From a bacterium (lineage in GTDB: Bacteria > UBA8248): 64,000 nucleotides of DNA. Every line of letters starts with the position of its first letter. Positions within the stretch are counted from its first letter, which is position 1. The position numbers and the translations under genes were made by a program. Positions 17,232 through 28,364 of the stretch are shown here, in pieces. Below the pieces are notes generated by a model. The model saw only the letters and a list, made by a program, of their open reading frames with translations. It made no database searches and was not told where the DNA came from. The stretch lies in assembly GCA_965199855.1 (NCBI GenBank), contig OZ241326.1, forward strand, positions 2,880,001-2,944,000, written 5' to 3'.

Positions 17232-18596
17232 CTAGAAGAAGTGGCGGATGGTCCACGCGGCGACCCAAGTGTCGTCCAGATCCTCGCCGCCCTCCACCTT
17301 GCCGTAGTCGCCGGCGAACAGATACGCGCCCACCACGCGAAGTTCGAACTTCGGGTAGATCTTCCACTTGAAGCCCAAGTTGAACTCCGTGCCGAAGTCC
17401 TTGGAGTCGTCGTACACCGTCTTCATCTCTTCGCCGGGGTCGCACACCGAGTTCTTGTTCGCGTCGTCGCAGAGGTTGGGCGCGCTCTCCGCCGACTGGT
17501 AGAATGACAGGCCGCCGCCCAGCGTGAAGGTCTTGCTCACCTTGTACTCGAACAGACCCTCGAGCACGTTCGCGCCGTTCAGCTGCTTGTGGCCACCGTT
17601 GCCGGTCAGGGTCACGTTCCGTACGCTGTTGGCAGTGGTCGTCCAGCGGCGCGAGGTCATGATATGGCCGCCTTCGACCCAGCCATAGCCGCCGAGACCC
17701 GGGAACGTGAAGCGGCTGAGCTCCTTGTCGGGCTGGAGCGCCTGATGGCTCGCCGCCACGATGGGATCGTCGTCGCCCGAGAACGAAACGAGGTTGGCCA
17801 TGAGCTTGAGTTTGCCCATGGGGAACGCGGTCCTCAAGATGAAGCCCCAGGCCGAGACATCCACGTCGGGGCGGTCCATCATGCCGACCGTGCCGCCCTC
17901 GCTGACGGCACCGGTCTGATAGACGCCGGTGGCCCTGAGGCTCATGATGCCCACCTTCCCCTTGGCGTGCAGGGCGGTGTACCAGTAGTCATAGCCCATG
18001 TTGGACTTGTTGTCGCGGGAGTTCGCTATCCACGGGGTGAGCGCGAGGTTCGGCGAAGCCTTCCAGGTCAGGCCGAGGTAGTAGGCGTCCGCGTCGTCCG
18101 AAGCCCCCGTAATGTCCTCTCTGGTCTTTGTGTTGAACAGGCTCAGCGAAAGATTGCTCGAGAGCTTGCCGTAGAGGGCGAGACCCGGCTTACGGGAACG
18201 CCCGCTACTGTCGAAAATCTCCTTGTCGGGCGATACGTAGTCCGTCCTGCCCCAGCGGGCGCGCAGCTTGCTTCCCGGAACCGCGAAATCAACCACCCAG
18301 CGGTTCGTTCCCACCGCATGTCGACCCGCGGTCGTGAAGCCGCCGTTCGCGTTCGTCCATTCAGGCTCCCAAACGACCCAAACCTTGCCGCCGTCGGTCT
18401 TCGCCGTGAAGCGGGGCCGCGACAGCGCGTCGAAATACTGGATGCCGTCGTGATTGTCGTCGTTCCGATCCGTGTTGTTCGAGCTCAGGCCGCGCAGGCG
18501 AAAGAAGCCGCTGAACTTGAAGTCGGCCGCATACGACGGCGCGGTGAACGTGACGAGCAGGGTCGCCGCGAACAAAGCGAGTAGAAGTTTCCGCAT
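17232..18596 (-). CDS. Outer-membrane beta-barrel porin-like protein
   Basis: Signal peptide ending SYA; mature N-terminus DFKFSGFFRLRG; amphipathic strands; DFGTEFNLGFKWKIY; terminal Phe; AAGGAG SD; strong terminator. Confidence 0.8.
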   Translation of the reverse strand: MRKLLLALFAATLLVTFTAPSYAADFKFSGFFRLRGLSSNNTDRNDDNHDGIQYFDALSRPRFTAKTDGGKVWVVWEPEWTNANGGFTTAGRHAVGTNRWVVDFAVPGSKLRARWGRTDYVSPDKEIFDSSGRSRKPGLALYGKLSSNLSLSLFNTKTREDITGASDDADAYYLGLTWKASPNLALTPWIANSRDNKSNMGYDYWYTALHAKGKVGIMSLRATGVYQTGAVSEGGTVGMMDRPDVDVSAWGFILRTAFPMGKLKLMANLVSFSGDDDPIVAASHQALQPDKELSRFTFPGLGGYGWVEGGHIMTSRRWTTTANSVRNVTLTGNGGHKQLNGANVLEGLFEYKVSKTFTLGGGLSFYQSAESAPNLCDDANKNSVCDPGEEMKTVYDDSKDFGTEFNLGFKWKIYPKFELRVVGAYLFAGDYGKVEGGEDLDDTWVAAWTIRHFF

Positions 18597-19012
18597 TTCA
18601 GTCTCCTTGGTGGAGTTTTCAAAAAGTGTTGCCGCATTCCTTGATGTTCGTTTCGCGCTGCTTTCCGGCTCCGGGTTTCGGAGCCCGTTCGTCTCTCCTC
18701 TGGCATCACCCCCTTTCGTCAGTCGTCAACGAATAAGTCCGAAAAGCCTCCGCCCTCATCGGGCGAACAAGCGGGTTGATTATACCCGAACGCAAACATT
18801 CAAGTCCAGCCGCTTCTCACCCCTCGAATCTCGCGGCTGAACGCGCCGGCCTCTTGGAAAAGCATGACATATTCACGATGTTAGACGAAAACGCCGCTTC
18901 CTGTCAACGAAACAATATCGGGAATCATATCGCCCGAAGAACAGGCGGGCGGGCCATATCTTCCGCGGCGCCGGGCCGCGCGTCCCCCGGCAATCCGCTC
19001 TTTTTCGGATGG

Positions 19013-19042
19013 TTGCGTCGGCGAAGCCCCCGGTGCTATAGT
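19013..19042 (+). promoter_or_regulatory. Putative sigma70 promoter of DUF1640-like gene 1
   Basis: TTGCGT-N18-TATAGT with extended -10 TG; identical in copy 2 (28082-28111, minus). Confidence 0.6.
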
Positions 19043-19069
19043 AGACGCTCTGAACCGGAGGAGAAGATC

Positions 19070-19480
19070 ATGCCCGCGTTCGACACCCTCAAGGCGACGA
19101 AGCTTCTCAAGGAGTCCGGCTTCGGCGAGATCCAGGCCGAAGCCGTGGTCTCCACCGTGCGCGACGCCGTCGCCGAGAACGTCGCCACCAAGGCCGACCT
19201 CGCCGAGGTCTGCAACGAACTGAAGCTCGACCACGCCAAACTGCGAACCGAACTCAAGGAAGACATCGCCAATGTGCGCGCGGAACTCAAGGAAGACATC
19301 GCCAATGTGCGAACCGAAATCGCAGACATCCGCGCGGAACTCAAGGAAGACATCGCCGGCGTCCGCGCGGAACTCAAGGAAGACATCCACAAGCTGCGAA
19401 CGGACATGTATCGCTTCGGGGCGTTCATGATCATCGCCATCGTCAGCCTGATCGTCACCCTGATGAAGCTATTGCCGTAA
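19070..19480 (+). CDS. DUF1640/CCDC90-like membrane-anchored coiled-coil protein, copy 1 (136 aa)
   Basis: FDTLK...LKESGF.E.QAEAVV...VATKADL head/neck, RAELKEDIANV repeats, C-terminal TM helix; GGAGGAG SD. Confidence 0.88.
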   Translation: MPAFDTLKATKLLKESGFGEIQAEAVVSTVRDAVAENVATKADLAEVCNELKLDHAKLRTELKEDIANVRAELKEDIANVRTEIADIRAELKEDIAGVRAELKEDIHKLRTDMYRFGAFMIIAIVSLIVTLMKLLP

Positions 19481-19624
19481 CGTCCGTCTTCGCCGCGCCG
19501 TGGGGCGCATATAAAATGCGTCCCCGGCGAGTTCAGCGCTCCGATTTCGCGGCGTCGGGGCGCGCGTCAGGGGTTCACGGCTCAAGCGCCTGCGCCCGAG
19601 GGGGTCCGCCGGAGCCTCGAAAAC

Positions 19625-21526
19625 CTATTCCGCGATCCTGTAGAAGAAAATCTGGCTTTTCGCGTCGGCGAGCACTTCCGCGCCGGCCGTCGCCGCGACC
19701 AGGTCGCGGAAGCCGTCGTTGTCGGCGTCCGCGAGAGCGAAATCCACGACCCCGCGGCTCACTTTCCTGGAGCGCCAGGTTTCGGACAATCCGCCGCCGT
19801 CCCATATCAGACTCACGATTTGTCCCCCCGTCACCCCCAGGCCGGGCACGACGGGAGAGGCGTATTCGTTGCGGATCACGAGAACCTCGTCCACCCCGTC
19901 CCCGTCGACGTCCTCCACCAGAACGCGGGATCGGACGGCGAGACGCTTCGCGTCTTCTCCATCGTCCTCGTCGTCAAGCGCGAACGCATGAACGGGCGCG
20001 CCGTAGGCTTCCGCGCTTTTGTAAATCTCCTCGCCGCGCCTCGAGAACAGCCGAAGCCTGTCGTCCTCGCCCACTTCGATGACGTCCAGCGCGCCGTCCC
20101 TGTCGATGTCCCACAAGCCGAAGCCCAGTATCGTCATCTTCTCGGGCAGCGCGTAGGGGGCGACGGAAACGAGGTTCTTCCCCGTCCATCGGTAGCGGTG
20201 AACGGGGCCCTCGAAGGGCTTGTCCAGCCCTTCCTTCTGGCCCAGCAGCAGATAGGCTTCCGAATCCGGGAGTTTCGCGCCCTTCGCCGGCCGCCGCACC
20301 CGGAGGAGCCGATAGAACGTTCTGTCGTTCCTGCGCAGGGTCTCGAATTTCCGCCCCCTGAGCTGCAGCACCATCGAGAACAGCTCATTGGAGCGATAGG
20401 CGGCGATATACAGCTCGGGCAGTCCGTCGCCGTTCATGTCGGCCACGTCGAGCCACCGGAAATCGCTCGCCCCATCGTCGAAGCGGGCGAGCTCGCGCAT
20501 CCGCCCCCCCTCCAGCCGATAGACGACGACCGCCCCCGCCGCAATGACGGCGACTTCGTTTTTTCCGTCCCCGTTCACGTCCGCGACGGACACGCCCCGG
20601 AAGGAGGCGCCGTCGAACAGATAGCTCCGCGCGCCGCCGCGCGCGCCGGGCACGCCCTCCCGATCCAGCACGAAGCTCGGATTCGCCGAACTCGCGCGCG
20701 CGCCTCCCGCGCCGCGCCGCAGCGCCTGCGCCTTCGGATCGCCCTGCTCGAAGGGCAAATCGCCCGCAAGCGCCACGGCCTTGAAAATTTCCTTTCTCGC
20801 GGTGAGCGACAAGAGGCGCGCCGAAAGAACGTTCCGCCCCCTGATTTCGCGCAGTTCGCTCCCGATCACCAGATCGGCGCGTATCTCGTTTCGCAGGCGA
20901 ATCGGATTCGCGCCCTTGAGAATCTCGTCCGTGGCTACGCCGCTCTCGATGAACCAGACCTGGAGTCTGTCCACGTCGTAGACGTCGAATCGCCCGCCGG
21001 CGAGGAGCTGCCGCTCCAGCTCTCTCGTGAGCGTTTCCATGCTGACGGGCTCTTTCGTCCGGTTGACGAAAGGCAGTATCGCCAGGCGGATTTTCGAGGA
21101 GGCCAGACGCACCGAATCCCCCACGCGGGGGGCGAGATCCCCGCCCGGGGCGAGGCGCGCCATGCGCGCGATGGAGAACCTGCCCCGCACCTCCACGATT
21201 TCGGCCTCGCCGATCTCCTCCTCCAGCCTCCCCAGGACGACGCCCGTCGCCGGATGCCGAAACGGCGCGCCCTCCCGGTAGACGTTGAGCTTGACGCCTT
21301 TGGGCGCCTTGTCCTTCTCGCCCAGGCTCAGGTAGAGATCGCCCCCCTTGATGGCGACCACCGACCCGCGCAGATCCGGAAACCTCTGCTGCAGCTTGCC
21401 GCTGATGAGCCGGAGCGCCCTGCGATAGTCGTTCCCCTGCGCGCAGGCCGCGCCGCCGGAGGCGGCGAGCGAGAGCAGGAGCGCCGGCAGAAGGAAGGAC
21501 GTCTTTTTGAGAAATCGCGAAATCAT
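19625..21526 (-). CDS. Exported FG-GAP/VCBS-repeat protein with FlgT/CsgG-like N-terminal domains
   Basis: Signal peptide; LAILPFVNRT; repeated ADVNGDGKNE, ADMNGDGLPE, WDIDRDGALD, EDVDGDGVDE, ADADNDGFRD. Confidence 0.8.
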   Translation of the reverse strand: MISRFLKKTSFLLPALLLSLAASGGAACAQGNDYRRALRLISGKLQQRFPDLRGSVVAIKGGDLYLSLGEKDKAPKGVKLNVYREGAPFRHPATGVVLGRLEEEIGEAEIVEVRGRFSIARMARLAPGGDLAPRVGDSVRLASSKIRLAILPFVNRTKEPVSMETLTRELERQLLAGGRFDVYDVDRLQVWFIESGVATDEILKGANPIRLRNEIRADLVIGSELREIRGRNVLSARLLSLTARKEIFKAVALAGDLPFEQGDPKAQALRRGAGGARASSANPSFVLDREGVPGARGGARSYLFDGASFRGVSVADVNGDGKNEVAVIAAGAVVVYRLEGGRMRELARFDDGASDFRWLDVADMNGDGLPELYIAAYRSNELFSMVLQLRGRKFETLRRNDRTFYRLLRVRRPAKGAKLPDSEAYLLLGQKEGLDKPFEGPVHRYRWTGKNLVSVAPYALPEKMTILGFGLWDIDRDGALDVIEVGEDDRLRLFSRRGEEIYKSAEAYGAPVHAFALDDEDDGEDAKRLAVRSRVLVEDVDGDGVDEVLVIRNEYASPVVPGLGVTGGQIVSLIWDGGGLSETWRSRKVSRGVVDFALADADNDGFRDLVAATAGAEVLADAKSQIFFYRIAE

Positions 21527-21656
21527 GGAATCCCCACGCGCGGACAGCGGCCCGAAAGGCGGCCTTCGCCCGCGCCTCATCGTCCAATGAGAGCCGCGCG
21601 GACGAACATCGGCAAATATACCGCGCAGAAAGCAGAAAGCAAAGAAGGCGCGGGTC

Positions 21657-23540
21657 TCAGGGCCGCGCCAGCCCCAGTTCCCTCGCCATCGCCGGGTGGA
21701 TCGGCGCGCCGAGCCTGTCGGCTTCTCTCGCGTGTTTTCGGGCGCCCCGGCGGTCGCCTTCGAGATGCAGGGCCAGCGCCAGATTGTGATGGGCGTCCGG
21801 GTGATCCGGCCTGAGCGCGAGCGCCGCCCTGAACTGCCCTATCGCCAGCTCCCTCAGGCCCGCCTTGAGATAGAGGGTGCCCAGGTTGAAGCGCGCCTCC
21901 TCGAGCGTCGGCTTGAGGCGCACCGCGCGCTCGAAGCGCGGCCGCGCCAGGTCGCCGCGCCCGGCGCCCATATACAGCGCGCCCAGGGCCAGGTGTCCCT
22001 CCGCGTTCTCGGCGTTGAGCCTCAGGGCGCGCTTGAGGGACGCTTCGGCGGCGGCCGCCTCTCCGCTCTGCATCTGCGCGATTCCCAGATCGACCCAAGC
22101 GTAATCATAGACGGGATAAATCCCGACCGATCTCTTGAGCGGAGGGATGGCCTCGGCGAACTTTTTCCGCGCGATCAGCGCCTGGCCATACACCCTGAGC
22201 GCGCGCGCGCTCCTCGGGGAGACCTCCGCCGTCCTCCGCCAGAAGCGAAGCGGGTCGCCCCATTCGCGGTTTCGCTTCATCGTCAGCGTCCCGAAGACCG
22301 CGCAGACGCCGAGGAGGAGCGCCGGGGCGATTCGCCAATCTCCTCGCGCGAGCAACGCGCCCGCCGTCGGCGCGGCGGCGATCAAAAAGCCCGCCGAGGG
22401 AATGTAGAGCGCCCGCTCGGCCATGATGGTGCCTATGGGAACCGCCAAGTTGCTCACGGGCAGATAGCCGCCCAGGAAAACGGCCAGTCCGAAGGCGATC
22501 CACGGCATCTTCTCCCTCAGGCGCCAGGCGGCGCAGCCCCACGCGAGAAGGCCCAGAACCCCGGCCATCATCCAGAGGGCGGCCTCGGCCCCTTCCACCG
22601 GAATCTGCGCGAAGGAATAATCCGCGCTCAGGGGCCACGGCCACGCCAGCAGGCGGAAGCAGCGCCCCAAAACGCCGAGCGCGCCGAACAGCCGCCCGCC
22701 CGCCGGCATCAGGGCGAGGACGTTGTCCAGTTTCGAGGGGGGATAGGGGCGCGCCAGCATCCCCAAAGCGGCGTAGCGCATCCATACGTAGAGGAGGAGG
22801 ACGAGTCCGAGCGCGCAGGCGGCGATGAGCGTCCGCCGAAGGGGCGGGCGCTCAACCTCCCCCGGCGCATACCGGCTCCAGAGCTGCCACAAAAGCGCGC
22901 TGAACAGCATGGCGACGCCGATTTCCTTGGACAGGAGCGCGAAAAAGCAAAGCGCGCACGCGAGGCCGACCGAAGCGAGGAGGCCCGGGGTTCGCGCGCC
23001 GCCGCTCTCCCCTTGCTTCCGCTCTGCTCCGTCTTCCGGGCGTCTCGCCCGCGGAAGCGCGGCGCCCATGAGGAGGCCCAGCCCCCCGAAGACGCCGGCG
23101 GCGGCCATCAGGTCGGCGCGCGCGACGACGACGTTCACCGCCTCGGTGTGAACCGGATGGAGGGCGAACAGGAGGGCGACGGCTCCCGCCCCGCCGGGAG
23201 GAAGTCCGAAGCGCAGGCAGAGCCAGAGCAGGAGGACGCAGGCGAGGGCGTGAAGCGATGCGTTGAGGACTCTGTAGCCCGTCGGGTTCATGCCGCCCAC
23301 GGCGTGGTTCAGCGCGAGGGAAGCGACGGTGATGGGCCGGTAGAGGCGGTCTCTCTTCTCGTTCGTCTCGACGGGGCCCCAGTAGTCTCGCCGGAACGCC
23401 TCGAGAACGCGGCCGCTCTGCCGAACGAGCGGATTCTCGCCGATGACGGCGACGTCGTCCTGCACGAACGGGTTGGAGAGCGCGCCCGCGAAGATCAGAA
23501 ACGCGGCCCCCGAGACGACGCACGCCCAAATCCACTTCAC
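21657..23540 (-). CDS. TMTC-like GT-C membrane glycosyltransferase with C-terminal TPR repeats
   Basis: PFVQDD..I..NP, YRPIT, LFALHPVHTEAV...RADL, LSKE, LSADY, AERALYIPS, then TPR helices; GTG start with GGAGGG SD. Confidence 0.85.
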   Translation of the reverse strand: MKWIWACVVSGAAFLIFAGALSNPFVQDDVAVIGENPLVRQSGRVLEAFRRDYWGPVETNEKRDRLYRPITVASLALNHAVGGMNPTGYRVLNASLHALACVLLLWLCLRFGLPPGGAGAVALLFALHPVHTEAVNVVVARADLMAAAGVFGGLGLLMGAALPRARRPEDGAERKQGESGGARTPGLLASVGLACALCFFALLSKEIGVAMLFSALLWQLWSRYAPGEVERPPLRRTLIAACALGLVLLLYVWMRYAALGMLARPYPPSKLDNVLALMPAGGRLFGALGVLGRCFRLLAWPWPLSADYSFAQIPVEGAEAALWMMAGVLGLLAWGCAAWRLREKMPWIAFGLAVFLGGYLPVSNLAVPIGTIMAERALYIPSAGFLIAAAPTAGALLARGDWRIAPALLLGVCAVFGTLTMKRNREWGDPLRFWRRTAEVSPRSARALRVYGQALIARKKFAEAIPPLKRSVGIYPVYDYAWVDLGIAQMQSGEAAAAEASLKRALRLNAENAEGHLALGALYMGAGRGDLARPRFERAVRLKPTLEEARFNLGTLYLKAGLRELAIGQFRAALALRPDHPDAHHNLALALHLEGDRRGARKHAREADRLGAPIHPAMARELGLARP

Positions 23541-23760
23541 GCCCGATCGGCCCTCCGCGAAGAACAGCGCGCGCATGAATGACAGGAGCGTCCGGGGACG
23601 CGGCCCGGCCCGCATCGTTCCGGGAGACTCGCCGAATCGCAACAATCCATCGTAGCAGAATTTCCGCCACGCCGCCATGAAGCGCCGAGAAAACGCCTCT
23701 CCCGTTCGGTTTTTCTTTTGACTCCCGACCGAACGACTGATAGGCTTCGAGGCTGAAAGT

Positions 23761-23834
23761 TCGCTGGGGGTGCCTTGCAGGCTGAGAACAAACCCTTCGA
23801 ACCTGAACCGGTTAGCGCCGGCGTAGGGAAGCGA
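23761..23834 (+). ncRNA. TPP (THI-box) riboswitch
   Basis: GGGGTGC...GCTGAGA...ACCCTTCGAACCTGA...GGTTA...CCGGCGTAGGGA with P1 TCGCT/AGCGA, upstream of thiC. Confidence 0.96.
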
Positions 23835-23885
23835 CAGGTTATCCGCATCCTCGTGGTTTCCCTCCGCCGACATGCGAGAGAATGA

Positions 23886-25742
<1,857 letters not shown>

Positions 25743-25772
25743 AGCCCCGCCCGCAGAGGCTCGCCGGATTGA

Positions 25773-25811
25773 ACCCCCGCCCGGGGGTATTGGCCCGGGC
25801 GGGGGTCCTTT
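25773..25811 (+). terminator. Hairpin/terminator after thiC
   Basis: ACCCCCGCCCGGG / CCCGGGCGGGGGT 13-bp stem, then CCTTT. Confidence 0.6.
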
Positions 25812-25932
25812 AATATGGCGAGGCGCGTCCCCCGAACCAGTCATCCGGCTTCATCCGGTTTTCCGATCTCCCCAAGACTGAAAGCCCCCGTTGATGCTAC
25901 ATTGCCCGCGTCCATTGCTTCGGGGAGCGGAC

Positions 25933-26991
25933 ATGACGCTGAGAGTGGGGATTTGGGCGCCCGTGTGGGGCACGTTTCTGGGGCGGGTCGAAAAACCCGA
26001 GGAGGTGAAGGAGGCCTCCTTCGAGCACAACGCGCGCTACGTCAGGCGCGCCGAGGCGCTCGGCTTCGAGAGCGTCCTGCTGCTCGACAGAAGCCTCAAC
26101 AGCATCAAGGGCGTGGGCGCGCCGGTTCTCGAGGCGTGGGTCACGGCGGCGGCGCTCGCTCCCATCACCGAGAGCATCGAGCTCATCGTCGCCGCCAGAA
26201 GCGCCTACCGCCACCCCGCGCTCGTCGCGCAGATGGGGGCGAACATCGACTGCGCAAGCGGCGGGCGCTTCGCCATCAACGTCGTATCGGGCTGGTGGGC
26301 GCAGGAGCACGAGATGGCGGGCGTCCCCTTCCCGCCGCACGATGAGCGCTACGATATTTCCGAGGAGGTCATGCGCATCCTCAAATCCTACTGGACGGAG
26401 GATCGCTTCAGCTTCGAGGGCAGATACTTCCGGATCACCGACGGCGTAACCTCCCCCAAGCCCCTCCGAAAGCCCTGGCCCACCTTCTATTTCGGCGGCG
26501 AATCCCAGGCCGCCGCGCGGCTGGCGGGAAAGGCGGCGGACGTCTTCCTGTTCAACGGCCGCCCGCTCTCCGAGGCGCGCGAACTCATGGCCGCCGTGAA
26601 CCGGGAGGCGAAGGCGAGCGGCAGGGCGGTGCGGCACGGGATGAGCTCGTTCATCGTCTGCCGGGAGAGCGACGCGGCCGCCCGGGCGGAGCTTGCGCGC
26701 CTTTTCTCGCTTATCACCGAGGCGCCGAAGCTCAAGGGCGTGGACAAGGCCGCGCGGCACAAGAAGACGAGCGCGAAGGGGGGCGGCGTCGGCTCGAACG
26801 GCGGCGCGGCGACGGGCCTCGTCGGCTCGCCCGGGACGATCGCCCGGCGCATGATGGCGTTTCACGAGGCGGGGGTGGAGCTCTTCCTGCTCCAGTTTCA
26901 CCCCATGTTCGAGGAGATGGAGCGCTTCGCCTCGGAGGTCATGCCGCTCCTGCCCCTGGGCGCGAAGGCGTCAGGCGCGGCGCGCGCCTGA
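25933..26991 (+). CDS. LLM-class flavin-dependent monooxygenase (SsuD/SfnG-like)
   Basis: RRAEALGF, LEAWVTAAALA, SGGRFAINVVSGW, YFGGES, GLVGSP. Confidence 0.88.
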   Translation: MTLRVGIWAPVWGTFLGRVEKPEEVKEASFEHNARYVRRAEALGFESVLLLDRSLNSIKGVGAPVLEAWVTAAALAPITESIELIVAARSAYRHPALVAQMGANIDCASGGRFAINVVSGWWAQEHEMAGVPFPPHDERYDISEEVMRILKSYWTEDRFSFEGRYFRITDGVTSPKPLRKPWPTFYFGGESQAAARLAGKAADVFLFNGRPLSEARELMAAVNREAKASGRAVRHGMSSFIVCRESDAAARAELARLFSLITEAPKLKGVDKAARHKKTSAKGGGVGSNGGAATGLVGSPGTIARRMMAFHEAGVELFLLQFHPMFEEMERFASEVMPLLPLGAKASGAARA

Positions 26992-26998
26992 GCCGCGC

Positions 26999-27460
26999 TC
27001 ACTCCAGGGAGACGCGCGCCCCCAGCCCGAAGCCGTTTCGCAGAAACCAGCCTTGGTTCACCTCCAGCGCCCAGCGCGCCTTCTGACGGGAGGAATAGGA
27101 GGGAATCCTTCGCCCCGGCCTGTGCGGCTGGAGGTGGATGATCTCCAGAATCCGCCCGTCGGAGCGGATGAAGGCGATCGAGAGGGGAATGCGCGTGTTC
27201 TTCATCCAGAAGAACCGGCGCGCCTCCTTCTCGAAAATGAAGAGCATCCCGGCGTTCTCGGCCAGCCGCGCCCGGCCCATGAGTCCGCGCTCGCGGGCGC
27301 GGGGGCTTCGGGCTATCTCGACATTCAGCCGCGCCTCGCGCCCGTTCTGCGCGATTCGCGCCACCCCCCGCTCGAAGAGCGGGGCCGCCCCGGCCCATCC
27401 CGCGAGCAGAACCAGGGCGAAGAAGGCCGCGCCCGCCGCGGGGAGCCGCTTTCGGTTCAT
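26999..27460 (-). CDS. DUF192 domain-containing exported protein
   Basis: VEIARSP..RERGLMGR...GMLFIF...FWMKNTRIPLSIAFI...ALEVNQGW. Confidence 0.92.
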   Translation of the reverse strand: MNRKRLPAAGAAFFALVLLAGWAGAAPLFERGVARIAQNGREARLNVEIARSPRARERGLMGRARLAENAGMLFIFEKEARRFFWMKNTRIPLSIAFIRSDGRILEIIHLQPHRPGRRIPSYSSRQKARWALEVNQGWFLRNGFGLGARVSLE

Positions 27461-27628
27461 CCCGGAGATCCTTTGTAGATGATGAACGGGCGGAAACGCC
27501 CCGCCATCATAAATCTCCCGCCCGCGCGAATGAAAGCGCCGCGGGACGAGAAGCCGCGGCGCGAGAAGGGCTGACCCGCCGATTCCGCAGGACGCATATA
27601 TCCGCCCCCCGCGCGTCGAAGACGGACG

Positions 27629-28060
27629 TTACGGCAATAGCTTCATCAGGGTGACGATCAGACTGACGATGGCGATGATCATGAACGCCCCGAAGCGATA
27701 CATGTCCGTTCGCAGCTTGTGGATGTCTTCCTTGAGTTCGGTTCGCACGCCGGCGATTTCCGCGCGCACGTCTGCGATTTCCGTTCGCACATTGGCGATG
27801 TCTTCCTTGAGCTCCGCGCGCACGCCGGCGATGTCTTCCTTGAGCTCCGCGCGCACATTGGCGATTTCGTCCTTGAGCTCCCCGCGGACTTTGGCGATTT
27901 CGATTTTGAGTTCGTTGCTCGTCTCGGCGAGGTCGGCCTTGGTGGCGACGTTCTCGGCGACGGCGTCGCGCACGGTGGCGACCACGGCCTCCGCCTGGGT
28001 CTCCCCGAAGCCGGAGTCCTTGAGCAGCTTCGTCGCCTTGAGGGTGTCGAACGCGGGCAT
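27629..28060 (-). CDS. DUF1640/CCDC90-like membrane-anchored coiled-coil protein, copy 2 (143 aa)
   Basis: Near-identical to 19070-19480 at both ends, with a different central repeat order; GGAGG SD. Confidence 0.88.
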   Translation of the reverse strand: MPAFDTLKATKLLKDSGFGETQAEAVVATVRDAVAENVATKADLAETSNELKIEIAKVRGELKDEIANVRAELKEDIAGVRAELKEDIANVRTEIADVRAEIAGVRTELKEDIHKLRTDMYRFGAFMIIAIVSLIVTLMKLLP

Positions 28061-28237
28061 GACCTCATCCTCCGGCCAGCCACTATAGCACCGGGGGCTT
28101 CGCCGACGCAACCATCCGCGTCATGGCGGGCGAGCCTGTCGCCCTCTTTCCGGCGGACGCCGGGCCGGAAACCAACCGGAGGGGGACGCATGAGCCCGTC
28201 GCTTACGGACGCGCGGGCGGGATTTCCCCGGGGCGGT

Positions 28238-28267
28238 TTGACATTCCGGCGGCGGGCGCGATAGGCT
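28238..28267 (+). promoter_or_regulatory. Putative sigma70 promoter of the surface lipoprotein
   Basis: TTGACA-N18-TAGGCT. Confidence 0.55.
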
Positions 28268-28309
28268 GTCTTTCCATTTCCAGTTGCTCCTCCCCCCTCC
28301 CCGGATATC

Positions 28310-28321
28310 GGGGGGGGGGGG
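28310..28321 (+). repeat. G12 homopolymer in the lipoprotein leader (3' arm of a C-rich/G-rich hairpin)
   Basis: TCCCCCCTCCCCG-GATAT-CGGGGGGGGGGGGA. Confidence 0.85.
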
Positions 28322-28364
28322 ACTTTACTGTGCTGAGCAATCCGCTCGGGAGGAGACGCCGAAC

